A DNA stretch of 64,000 nucleotides, taken from NCBI RefSeq assembly GCF_009914755.1, contig NC_060942.1; one strand, given 5' to 3'. The position numbers and the translations under genes are program-made. Within the stretch, counting starts at the first letter, position 1. Every line of letters begins with the position of its first letter. Origin of the DNA: the human T2T-CHM13v2.0 reference genome, Homo sapiens. The notes under the pieces were generated by a model. It had not been told where the DNA came from and searched no databases. It saw only the letters and a program-made list of their open reading frames with translations. Positions 28,551 through 41,050 of this stretch are shown here, piece after piece.

Positions 28551-28946
28551 TTCCAGTCTGGTTTCAGACCCCGGCATGGCTTGGAGACAGCGTTGGTGTG
28601 TATGAAGGATCTTCCTCCAATGAAGGATTTGGGACAACTTTCCATGATGATTATATTAGAGCCTCAGCTGCTTTCGTGTTGGTCATGAGGTGATGCTGAA
28701 CCGAATGCTTGAACTAGCAGGAGTGGCTGGGATTGCATTGGAGTGGTTCCGTTCATTCCTTCCGGGTAGGTACCAGCTAGTGACGTTGGGTGAAAATGGA
28801 CATTGAGGGTCTTCCCGTAAGGAACCCCATAAGAGTCACTCATTCCCCTGTCATTTAGTGGGCATGAGAGGACAAATGGACAACTGAAGGCCAGGCAGTG
28901 CGATTTGAATGACTGGGTAGAAGGTTATGAGAGTGATTCCCAGATT
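28551..28946 (+). mobile_element. Fossil reverse-transcriptase segment of an ancient L2/CR1-clade LINE
   Basis: Manual translation across frameshifts gives FQSGFRPRHGLETALV..MMIIL(E)/SAAF/HEVMLNRMLELAGVAGIALEWFRSFLPGRYQLVTLG/GTP*ESLIPLSF..GYESDSQI. This is colinear with the LINE RT motifs QSGFR..HxTETAL, LDLSAAFD, WFxSFLxGRxQxV, GVPQGS and YADDTQL. Confidence 0.85.
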
Positions 28947-29744
28947 GGTGTCGCTCACATATGTTATTTCTGTTTTGTCAGTGTGACAGTGCAGTCTAGA
29001 ATGGAAAGTGAGAAAGTGTGAATTGTTGGAAAGTGAAAATTTGAGAGGCTCTGGTGTGCTTTCTAATTTCTCTGTCTGAATTAACAGTTTGTGTAAACTG
29101 TGGCCATATTTTAACCACAAATTTATCTAAACATGAAAATCCTATGTAATATTAGATAGAAATGTTTTATTTTCCTTTCTTGTATATATCCAGAGCCTTT
29201 TTCCCTGTGAACATTGACTGCATCTCCATGATCTTTCTTGCTGAAGTTGTAGTCTCCTTGTTCACTCTTTTCCTTGGGACCCTTTTAAGCAAAGTAGCAT
29301 GATGACATTAATAAATATTCTTGAGGCTGATTTTTCCCGGTGACTGTTTTATCTTCACTGAAAGCACTTCATTATTCTGATTCTGCTTTCCTAAGAATCA
29401 AATTGGGTTGTAGTTTTAAGGAATTTGCAGCATAAATACTGCCTCTACTTTGCCTTAAACTGCTCATGCATTTTAAATTTTTACAAGGAATATACTAGAG
29501 TTTCTCCAATTTTGAACATGTTGCTTAGAAATGTGGTGCTTGTTCTTGGTTATTTATTTATATAATATGATTTCAGTATTTTCCTTTAGACTAATGAAAA
29601 GCTTGCTGAGTGTTGAACATGAAAGAAGTTTATTAGGTCTAAGAGTAGAATACAGGTAAAGAACTGAAAAGAAAACACAGATGTATGTGTCTGTAAATAT
29701 CATTAGAACTGTCTGTTCAATGTCATTTTGGCAAAAAGGCAGGA

Positions 29745-29990
29745 AACTAACATTTATGTAGTAACTGATCAGTGTCAGGCACTGAGCCAAGCAGTTTCTA
29801 TTTTTTTTAGCTGATTTATTCCTGATGGTAACATTGAGAAGTGGGTGCTGTTTCTTCATTTTACAGATGAGGAAATTGGTGCTGAGAGAAGCTAGGTATC
29901 TTGCCTAACTTCACACAATGATAAGTGGAAAGATCTATTATTTGGCCTCGGTCTCGCCCATTCCAAAGCTCAGTATTTCCGTCACTGTGG
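29745..29990 (-). mobile_element. MIR SINE
   Basis: cattttacagatgaggaaattggtgctgagagaagctaggtatcttgcctaacttcacaca is the MIR core. Confidence 0.85.
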
Positions 29991-32619
29991 GCCACAGGCA
30001 AGCGTTAGACTTGAAGTGGGGTCCCTAGAGAAAAGATTTTGAAAAGAAGAAGAAAATGATGGTTAGGAGACATGAACAAACCAAGGAGGAAATGAGAGAC
30101 ATAGGAATGTATTAGGATAATGTTGATTTTGAAAATTTCCAGAGTTTTCCTCACACTTAGTTTGAAAAGCCAAGTGATAAAAGGAACAATTTTAAGATTA
30201 TCAAATGAACAGGTTTAGAATTTTGGATTTTCTATCTTTGTTCTGACATTTCTTCACACTCTATGCTGAAAATGAAGTAAAGATACCCCACACTGGATCC
30301 TAGAAACTTACTCTAAGGATCTGTGCATGGAAGGCAATCAGGTGGTTAGTAATTAATTATCTGAGGAAAGACAGCATTTGAAGACAAATATCAGGTGTTT
30401 ACTGTTTATAAAAGCTTTTTTTGTTTTTAATGTGTCTGCAAAAATTTTTCTATGTGGAACGTTGGCTTACCACTGCTTTTAAGTATAACATGGTACATAT
30501 GACAGAGATGTGGTGAATTCTTGTGTTCTACTTAAAGAGTAACTTGTCTGGATTTCAGTAAATGGTTGTTTTCATCTTTGGATGGAGTTTGAATTCATAC
30601 TAGCAGTTTTCATTTTTATGTTGATGATCGCTGTCTCTCATCATTACAATAGATTTATTTCAGGTGTAGTCAGAGAGGATGTTGTTTCTGTGCTTATAAA
30701 TGGACGTTGACACTAGAAAGGTTAAAGCTGTTACTGTTATCCTAACGTCATGTTGTCATTACTGATTGTTACTAGTACCTTAGAAAACAATCCCCCCACA
30801 CGCCAAAAGAAGTAAAGCCCTTTAACTGTAATGATTTTCAATGTCAATGCTATATTTTATCTACTATCAACTCCTGAAGTAACATTTGTAATTGAATTCA
30901 GCACCTTAAGATTTCCTGACTTAGCTTTAGTGAGATATTGATTTCATGAAATTAGGTGGCAGGTGTATCCAGAAACTATTTCCTGAAAGCTTTAAGTGGC
31001 AATATAAAAGACCAAGAACATTAATTCAAGTTAAATGAGTTGGTTGGAGTTGTGCTTACTTAAATAAGATGCTTGCCAAATGGCCAGAAACTGTGATATC
31101 CCAAGTTGTGTTTTTAGGAAGATTGAAAAATGAAGGGAAACAGAAGAATATTTATCCTTTTGTTACGTAAACCTAGGTAGTTCTCTATAATTTTAGCCAT
31201 GGTTTAATCAGTTGCCATTTAGTTAGTTGATTAAATAGGGGCCCAGGTTTAAGATAATTTTTTTCTTGAACTACTACCTTGGCTCTCCAATTCTCTTTTC
31301 TACCCCGATTACATTTACATATTCTCCTTTTTCGTTATTGGAATTGCTCTCTGGAGAGTCTCTGTGTGTCTGGTTGGAACATTGATATTGCTGTCAAATA
31401 ATGCACAGGAAATCTTATTTTGTTTATAGATACATTTCTCCTCATGGGTAATCAAAACGCACGTTTTTTCCTAAGGAAGATATTTCTGTAAAACAAAAGT
31501 AATACTTACATAACTGATTAGTAGCATTGCTTGTGGAATTTATTAATATGTATGTATAATTTTATAAATTTTAAAAACTATTAGCTTGCAACATTGTTAT
31601 TTATTCTCTTTAAACATTTACATTGATCCTAGTCATCTTGACCTTTATTTTACTGGTTTTAATGTACGGAAGAAGAGTATTAATATTGGCTTGTAGCAAG
31701 CATAGGCATTTCTGCGACCCCCTGCTCTGAACTTAGGTTTCTCATGAATCATATTTCCCTGAGGGTGAAATTAAAACAAGAACTAGGTGTATTGAATTTC
31801 TTTTAGGCCTACTACTGGATTCTTAAGATGTATTTTTAAGTGTCACATACTAAGTCTGGGGAGGGGAAGGGTGCTTAAATTCACTGCTCTTTCTAGTTAT
31901 ACTTCCTTTCTAAAGCCTCTTGTTTCCATAAGAGGACTTACTTTGAAATTCGTCCTTTTGTAAAGTTTGTTTTTACTTCATAATTCTATCTGCATTTTAC
32001 ATATATATATTTCACACCATCCTAAATAACTATGATGTTTGAATTTCACAAAACTTTCAGTTTACTACAGAAACCTATGGCTTTTTTTTTTCTAGAAAGC
32101 TTATGTTTTAAAAAGTATGTTTATATGGTAGCACTTCTAATCAAAATGGAAACCACCAGTGGACAAAGTACCTTGAGAATATAGGTGGATAAAGAAGGAG
32201 GAGGAGAGAGGAGAAAGAAGCTAAATTAAATTGGCACTCGTCTTGTGTTATGAATGCCAGTCTTAACACTAGTGGTTAAGTTAGTTATTTTTAGACATTT
32301 CCTTTATCAAACATTTAAAGGTAAAATTTTTCCCATAGCCAGCAAAATGCTGAGCTGAATTCTTTTGACATTCTGCTGATCAAGGAATTTCAGATGAGTA
32401 GTATCAGAATTTTCTGGAGAGAAAGGGGTAGGAGGATGAATCAAAAATTAGATAATGAACAAGGAAACTCTGCTGTTTTTCTTTCTGAACCATAGAAAAC
32501 AATTACAAATGATAATTTTTTCTTCAACATGTAATATGCTTTTCTTCAACATGTAATTTTTTTACATTTTGAAAATAATTTTTTCTTCAACATGTAATAT
32601 GTGTTTTATGTTGAGAAAG

Positions 32620-33345
32620 ATACAGACACAATCAAAAATGTAAATATGAAAAGTCATACCAATAGAAAAAAATTAGAAAAAATTTAAATGTAACATTTAA
32701 ATCCACCTTTGACAGGGAAATAACTTCACAGTTAGAAGCTGTGAAATAAACCACAAAGGAAAAGATGGAGATAATTGGCTACATAACATTTTATGTATCT
32801 GCATATGAAAAACAAAACATTAAGTCATAAACCATGGAGAAAATATTTTTAGTTAATATGCTAGAGGTATTATATGAAGAGATTATTAAAACAACAAGAA
32901 AAACCAATGACCCTCTAGCATCATGGTCAAAGGACAGGAACAGCAGAGGAGCTCTAACGCATAAAACTAAGGAATAAACAAATATGTGGATAAGCATTCA
33001 GTCTTACTAATAATCCTAAAAATCAGAGTTAAAGCAACCCTTGAGAATTGTTTTTTTAGTTCACCTAATAAATTAATCAGTCTTTGCATCTCATTCTTGA
33101 TTCCAAGTGATGCGTCTTGCTTATATACTGCTGGTGAGAATGTAAACCAAAACAATACATTGAAAAGTCAGTTGGCATTATTCACAAAGGTCATTAAATA
33201 ACCCATATCTCATGAATTAATAATGCCACTCTACAAACCTAATATAAAGTATTCTTGATTATATAAGAAAAGAATATAATATGCATTAAGATATTCATAG
33301 CAGTGCTATTTTAATTGTAATTAAAGGACAATTTAAATGTTCGCT
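32620..33345 (+). mobile_element. Old L1 (L1ME-like), ORF2 end and 3' region
   Basis: atggtcaaaggacaggaacagca; cattcagtcttactaataatc; tatactgctggtgagaatgtaaa; gatattcatagcagtgctattt. Confidence 0.7.
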
Positions 33346-33353
33346 GCTGATAT

Positions 33354-33527
33354 CAGCGACTCTCAAACTTGGTTGCACATTTGAATCATTTGGAATGATT
33401 TAAGAAAACACTGACACCTCAGCCCCATCCAGATATTTTTACTTAATAAGTGTGAAGTTGGCCCTGACATTTGCATTTTTTAAAAATTTCCCTAAAATTC
33501 GAATATATAGCCAGGTTGAAGACCACT
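33354..33527. mobile_element. MER5A-type hAT-Charlie MITE
   Basis: cagcgactctcaaacttggttgcacatttgaatca...catttgcattttt...gccaggttgaagaccact. Confidence 0.8.
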
Positions 33528-34049
33528 AACTTGAAACAAGTTTACAGAATATTTTAAACCATTTGATGTGATATTTTTGATAGTTTTGTGGTAGTATGTA
33601 AAATGATATAAATATTGTTATTCAGCATTTAAATAAATTATAAATTTAAAATGGAAAGAATTAGGCTGGAAGAAAGTTTACAAAGTGCTTAGAGTTATGT
33701 TCAGGAGTTGGTATATTGAGTGATTTTTCTCATCTTTTCTTCAATTTGCATTTAGTAATGTTCTTGTATTACAAAGAAAAAACTGTATTTAAAGAAATGG
33801 TTCCTTCTGGCCAGATCGCCTAGATAGCTTCCTACTTACAGGTTATTTCTACCTATGAGTAGAGAGATTTATTCTGGCTTATAAAACAATTATATGCTGA
33901 TGCTAGGGTATATATCATATTATAATAAAATTCTTATAGGATTTTTTTCCTTTCTTTGATCTTAGTAATATTTTCTCATATAGTTTTCTGAAGTTTGGAA
34001 TATAAAGAACTCACATCAGTCATTTTTCTCTTATTACTCTACAACCATG

Positions 34050-34800
34050 ACAATCACTTGTCACCATTTTCTAAATACTGTCTGTATACTGGTAGCTGCC
34101 CCAGTGTTTATCCTGAACACCACCATTAACTCTCTGATGCATGTACATATCTGAATTTTGGATGCATACTGTTAAATCACTGAGTCCAGAACTAAATTCA
34201 TCATATTGTCAAACTGATTTCTTCTGTATTGTCCATCTTAATTATACCACCATTCTTCTCTAGTTCCCAGTCCTAAACTCCTTCTTCTCCTTTATCTCAC
34301 ACATTTTGTCAGTGTCTTTGTCCAAAAAGCAACAAGAAAAAACCAGCCTACTGTTTTGTTTTGTTTTTTGTCTTTGCATGTATTTCTTGACTTTCTCCAC
34401 ATTGCTGCCTACCATTAGTTCTCTGGCGAAGCTTGCTCCATCTTCCCTGCAGGCCAGTCCCGCAGGCTTCTAACTGGTCTGTCTTCTAGGTGTATCTCAG
34501 CTGAAATCTATCTTTGTGCTAATAAATGGACAAGAGCACCTTCCTTGTTAAAGTCCTCTGGGGCTCTCTATCATCTCCTGCATGAAGTCTAAGCTCCTTG
34601 CCATGGCATTTAAACTGTGGAACTAAATGTCATGAGCCATGAAGTGGTGTGGACCTTCCCTCTGGAATCTGATTCCTATCCTATTCGCTCTTCTACTCCT
34701 CGCTCTGGAATCACGTTCCTGCACACCACATTCAGTTCTGTCCATTTGTGCTTCCCTTGTGCTGCTCCTCCCACGTGGTATGGCCTTTTCATCTCCACCC
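34050..34800 (+). mobile_element. L2 fragment
   Basis: Pyrimidine-rich L2 phrases: ttctaactggtct, aagtctaagctccttgccatggcatttaa. Confidence 0.65.
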
Positions 34801-35256
34801 CTGGAGTGAATTAGCAAAAATTTAAAGATTGATACTATCCGTCATTAACTAGTTACTTTCATTAGAAGGTAATTTGGAAGTAGCTATTAAAATTTACAAA
34901 GCACACTTCCAACTGGAAATACAATCTTTTTATTTATTGTAGGAAGATAGTTGTACATAAACAAAGAGAACACTATATAAAACTCTTTATTGTAGCACTT
35001 TTTTCATGGATGAAATTAAATGCAAACTAAGTGTTCTGTAATAAGGAAATACTTAAACGAATTATGATACAGTACATATATTTTATAGACTCTTAAGAAC
35101 ATTACGTGGATATTAAAAACATTCAAAATCTTATAATTAAACTAATTTGCATTTTTGATATGTTACTTTTTGGTAATGTCAAATTACATTAATGCCTTAT
35201 ACATCTTATCAATTTTCCACTATTTGTAAGCAGAATATACACTTGTAAAAAATTCA

Positions 35257-35558
<302 letters not shown>

Positions 35559-37998
35559 TTCAAGTAACAATTAATAAAGTAAAATGTTAAGGCATTGAAA
35601 GAATTCTATAGAATATTAAGAGCAAAAAATGTTTTCATTTGTATTGAAAATAAATGTAAAAATCTAAACCATAAAGTTGAATATATGCATATATATGAAT
35701 GTAAATACAAAAAGATCGGGAAGAAATCATGGTTGACATTTAATAGTTATTCATTCTGAGGCAGTGGATGGGATTGAGGGGAGTTGAGGAGGACTTTTAA
35801 CTGGGTATAATGATGTACTTTTGCACTTTCCATGTAATTACATTTGCTTGCATGAAAACATTAATTGAATCAAGGCAAGAATCTGACAAAATTAGAGAAG
35901 AGTCACATTGTGAGGAAGAAAATAATAAACAATTTTTTTCTGCTTTGAAAATACAGCAGAGTACCCACGTTCCAACAAACAGTAGCTGGAATTAACAGTT
36001 GTGGATGTGGCATAGTTGCTTCTTTTTTTTTTTTTTAATAAAGTCTAACAAAAAGCTGAAGTTGCTTTGATTTCCTCTTCTTTCTCCTCAGAAGCAGTGT
36101 CATAGATTTGCTGGGTATTGTCATAGTTCAGAATTTATACTTTTATTATGAATCTATAGGGGAAATATATCTAAATCTATAGCTATAACCTATTGAACAT
36201 TTAAGTTATTTACAATTTATTTTTCCTATAACTAATAATGTCTTTTTGTGAAAGTATGTGTTTTTCTATGGTCTGTACCAAAAAGTGGATTGCTGATCTG
36301 TAGAGCATGCACAGTTTTTTTAAAAACTGGATCTTGCCAAATGCCTTTCCAAATTGGTTATATCAGTTTATGCTCTCACTGGAGTATTTAATATTTCCCA
36401 TTTCTGGATGTCCTCAGCCAACACATGGAATTGTCAGGCTTGAAATTTTGTTTTCTGTAAATGGTAAAATGTTAGCTTATCAACAAGCCCCTGAATGTGT
36501 TCCGAGCACTCAAACCTGGCAAGGCGCTATGAGGTGAACACCTAGAATCTTTATTAAAGTCAGGGTCCTCAAGGAGCTAGTTGCCATCAAGCAGTGTGGT
36601 GGTAGACTGCACAGAACTAAATGCTACAATAGTAGCATAGGCTGTAATGCCTTTGGAAGTGCAGAGAACATCATTGTGCACTGCAGAGGTGATTAGTAGC
36701 TTTTAGGAGATGAAGATGAGGGGATCTTGACAAATGAGTAGGAAGAGAGGAGAGCAGTGGGCATTGAGGAAGAGAGAAACATGCTGAGAGGCAGCCTGAT
36801 TGGAATGGGCTTTAGAAAGCTAATAGTCAAACTATTACTAATTGCCCTTAAAACCTTAACCAGAAATGGATTAATAGAGCCTCAAAACACGTGTATTTTA
36901 AACTCACTATCGCTATGTAAATGAGGCCTAGAAAAATAGTCAGCTTGTACAAGTCATATAAGCTCTCTCTTTGGCATCCAAAATAAAACTAGGTAGAGAC
37001 TTATTGGCTTATTTAACTTGGGCATCCATCAGGTTGATCTTCAACATGACCAGGCAATACGGGAGTTCCCATGATCTTTTCTCCCCTTTTCTTTCCATGC
37101 TTTACTCTGCTTTCCTCTGGTTAGCTTTATCCCCTGCAGGCCCTGGCCTTGTGGAGGCAGAGATAGGCACCAGCTATTCTCTTTTGTGTCTTTATAGCTA
37201 ATGTTATTACTGGAAGATAATTTATACTCTTTCCTTTTATTTCTGTATCTGTTTTTGAAAAGACACTCAAAATTCCACCAGCTTACCAATTTCTATGACC
37301 AAGTAGATAGTTTAATCTGGCCAGCCTTACTGGTGATGAAATCAATCCTATTTTATCGATGCATACACTGGAATCACATTGTTATGAAAGGGAGAGTCCC
37401 TAAAAGAAAAGAATGCAGGGTATGCAAATATAAGATGGCCACTGCAGCCTTTTGGTATATAGAGTCCTTCACAGACATGATTGCAGCCATGAATTTAAAA
37501 AGAATTTTGGTGATGTTCATTGCATGTATTTTATGTCTACACATCCATGATCGTAACAGCTTTTATTTTAGTGATTAAATGTATTTCAACAAACAACTTT
37601 TGAGTACATTGGTGTTGCTTGTCAGGCAATATAAAAATAAATATGTCTATCTCCTGTGGAATTTCCAAACTTGTTGGAAGTAGTAAGGGCAGGAAAGTTA
37701 AAGGTGTAAACAATTTTCAAAGAAAATAAACCATGAGAGATATGCAAAGTATCGTGATTGTTCTAAAGGAATGGGGCTATCTTAGGTCGTAAAAGGCTTC
37801 CCCATACAGATGGTAGCCAGAGCAGACATGGGAAACCATAGAAGCTTGGTGATTTACTGAGTTGGATTGGATTATAGGAGAGTGGTCTGAGAGTTGGAGA
37901 AGATGAAGATGAGGTAGATGCCAACTGTGTTGTAGATGACCCTAATGCTGGCCTGAGGACTTTGTGCCTCCTTCGGTGGGCAGTGAAAACCACTGATT

Positions 37999-37999
37999 C

Positions 38000-38036
<37 letters not shown>

Positions 38037-38061
38037 GCCACAACAACAGCCACAGCCACAG
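37999..38061. repeat. (CAA)12 microsatellite decaying into CAGCCA units, inside an antisense L2 fragment
   Basis: Direct reading; it produces the poly-V ORF 37763..38071. Confidence 0.9.
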
Positions 38062-38419
38062 TGAATGGCATGGCTAAGAAGCAGTCTGAGCAGTGTTTCT
38101 GTTGTTGTTTTTAAATAAGAAAATTATCTGGCACCAGTGTGTAGGCCGAATTGGACCTGGGAGTTGAAGCAGGGAGACCAGTTAGAGATTATAGAATTGT
38201 CTTGTGAATGAGGTAAAGATTTTTTGAAATAGAATGTAATGAAGTAAAAATGTAAGGTTTCAGGTGAACGTAGTTGGGGCTTTGTGATGCATCAGTCATG
38301 GGTACTGGAGGAGGAAGATTGTGCCCACGGCTGAGTGAGGCTAGTGGGGATCAGGAGGAAGATCTGCTCTGAGGAGATGCATTTCATGTCAGATGTGGCA
38401 TCTGTTGGGTAATATAATG

Positions 38420-38647
38420 CAGGTTGAGTTTCCCTTATTCAGAATGTTTGGGACCAGAAGTGTCTTGGATTTTGGATTTTTTTAAAAAAATTTTGAATAT
38501 TTGTGTTATACCAGTTGAGCATCCCAAATCTAAAAATCTGAAATCCTAAAAGGTCCTATGAGTGTTTCCTTTGAGCATCATGTCGGTGCTCAAAAAGTTT
38601 CAAATTCTGGAGCATTTCAAATTTTCAGATTTGGGCTACTCAACCTG
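38420..38647. mobile_element. Tigger4a/MER46A-type TcMar MITE, full length
   Basis: TIRs CAGGTTGAGT...ACTCAACCTG with TA on the right flank; internal gggaccagaagtgt and catgtcggtgctcaaaaagtttc. Confidence 0.88.
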
Positions 38648-39782
38648 TATTGCAAATACATAGTATTTTTAAGTACATAGAGATACGTTTGTGAATTTTC
38701 AATGCTATTTACACTTCCTGGATGTGTTTTTCAATTTTATGAATTTATACAGGGAAAATAATCATCACACTGTATTTTTCACAGAAAAAGAGAGCTTTTG
38801 CACATTTTTCAAGTAATCTTTTAACATTTGCTTAATAAAATTAAACATTCCTGGGAGTGCTGACTGCTAGGTGTTTTATTCCTAGTTATCCTAATCATAT
38901 AAATATGGTATAACATTTCTCTAAGTATATTTTTTGGCATGCCATGATAGGCGTTGTTGCTAAATGTTATGGTGGAGAGGATTCTTTCATTATATATGAT
39001 CAGAAAACACAGAGTTAAACAGGATTTTTCAGAGACTTCAATAATATATATTAATGTATTTGGTGAGTGTGCAAAAGGAGAATGCAACATACATTTCTCA
39101 AACACATTTGAGAATGTTTTTGAGCAACACTTGGGACAGATATCCCACAGAACAGATTCTGGAAATGGTGGAGTATTGACCATTGCTAATATGATGGGAG
39201 AGAATGAGTAGCTACAGGTTGAATATAGAAACTTACATTTTAGTATGAAACTAACTCATACCAGATATAATTACAATGTCTGTTCTTTTAATATATAAAA
39301 TTTACTATTTTATTTTGTAAGATACAGTTTTTGACCTAATTGGAAATAATTTTTTTGAGCTTGCAGGGGTGGAGAAATAGGCTAAAAGTCCTGAAGAGCC
39401 ACCTATGGCCATGGGTTGACTGCCTCTGCATAGGAGTCAATGACATGATATGTTTGTACATGATCACATCTCAGTCATCTTGGAATAAACTAAGGATAAC
39501 ATTTAAATTCCAAATGGTTTTCTCTTGTTTGCAGCATGCCTCAAGGCTGCCTTTCTGCTGAGTCCCCTGTCATTTCATATGTATTCAGAAAATTTAGTTC
39601 AGCTCAGCCTACATTTCTATTATGTGCAAAACACTGTTGGAGTACAAATTTATTTCAAGATTAGCTTGACATACATAAATAGCGTGCTCAATAAATGTTT
39701 GTTCAGTGAAAGAATTGTGTTTTTTCTTAATGATCCAGTTTAATAAAGAGGCATCTCAATTATGGATCTGAATTCTCTACCA

Positions 39783-40040
39783 CATATATGTATATATGTG
39801 CATGTGTATAGTATATATATATATAATACACGCACATAGTGTGTGTATATATATATCTTATGTGTATATATATCTTATTTATGATATATATATATTATCA
39901 AATACACAAATATATATATTTGTAGAGATAAGGTCTCACTGTGTTGCCCAGACTAGTCTCGAATTCCTGATCTCAAGCCATTCTTTCGCCTCTGCCGCAC
40001 AAAATGTTGGGATTACGGGCATCAGCCACCATGCCTGGCC
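39783..40040 (-). mobile_element. Alu monomer (FLAM-like) whose tail has become a (TA)-rich microsatellite
   Basis: Single arm at 39918-40040 (gtagagataaggtctcactgtgttgcccag...gccaccatgcctggcc), TA-rich tract 39783-39918, degenerate TSD tctaccacat/tctatcatat. Confidence 0.85.
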
Positions 40041-40299
40041 TCTATCATATTTTCTTTAAGTTTCTTCTTCCTTTGTTTTCATTGGTGACATTACCAGAGG
40101 AAGATAACCAACAATGTCATCTTCTGCAGCCTAGTTCTTTATATTTGAAATCTACTCTGGAGAAGTCAGAATTGAGAATGAAGCAGGTCACCTTATTTAG
40201 CAGCATCTGGCTTTAAAAATGTATTTCCTTGAAGTGCTAAATATTTGCTTAAGTGTTCAAGTTAGATTAAATAGAGGAGGCAGTTCTATGGAGAGAGAA

Positions 40300-40530
40300 T
40301 GTGAGATAGTGGAAAGAGCACGGGCTTTGGAATCAGATTAGAATTTAGATTTCATCTGTATCACTTAGTTGTTATCTGACTTCTGTAAGATTCCTCATCT
40401 CTGAATCTCAGTCATGTCTATAAAACTGGGAATCATGCCTACATTTTGGAGTGGCTATGAGGCATATAGATAATAGTTGTGAAAGCCCAGGCACATTATA
40501 GATGCTCAATAAATGGTAGCTATAGTAATA
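40300..40530 (+). mobile_element. MIR SINE, near full length
   Basis: tagtggaaagagcacgggctttggaatcaga...ctctgaatctcagtc...ggcacattatagatgctcaataaatggtagcta. Confidence 0.85.
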
Positions 40531-40809
40531 GATGTGTTGCCATCATTCTTCTCCCTGTCCCCTTACTACGTTATCAGTTATTTTTAATACTATCCACATG
40601 TGACAGACTATGGACGAGCTGTGTACACATGCCTGTGTCTTCACTTATTTTTGATACTGAGATGAAAATGAAATTAGAAATTAAAATCTTTTTAAAAATT
40701 AAAATATTACCTGAGCCAATTCTTTAAACAAGCTGTGAAATATTAATTTCTTTCCATTTGTCATTCTTTTTACATTTAGATGTTGGTTACTATGGTTAGC
40801 AGTAGTAGT

Positions 40810-41050
40810 ATTAATAAAATAAGTCACAATTTTTGAACATTTACCACGTACCAGACACAGTTCTAAGTGCTTTATATGTTTTAATGCATTTAATCTTCGG
40901 ATTAATTCTCTAGGACATAGTGAGTTTTATTATCCACATTTTAGAGTCGAGGGACCTGTGACCTAGAGAAGTCCAATGTGACACAGCTCCTAAATGGTCC
41001 CAACCTTGTTGAACTCAGGCTGACTGGCTCCAGAGCCCACAGTCTTCCTC
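40810..41050 (-). mobile_element. MIR SINE
   Basis: ccagacacagttctaagtgcttta...tattatccacattttagag...tgactggctccagagccc. Confidence 0.8.

Noticed and set aside
37763-38071. 102-aa ORF with a poly-valine run
   Set aside because: Artefact of the (CAA)n microsatellite read on the minus strand.
40300-41050. Tail-to-tail MIR pair as a dsRNA hairpin
   Set aside because: The copies are too diverged for extended pairing by inspection, and the arrangement is common.
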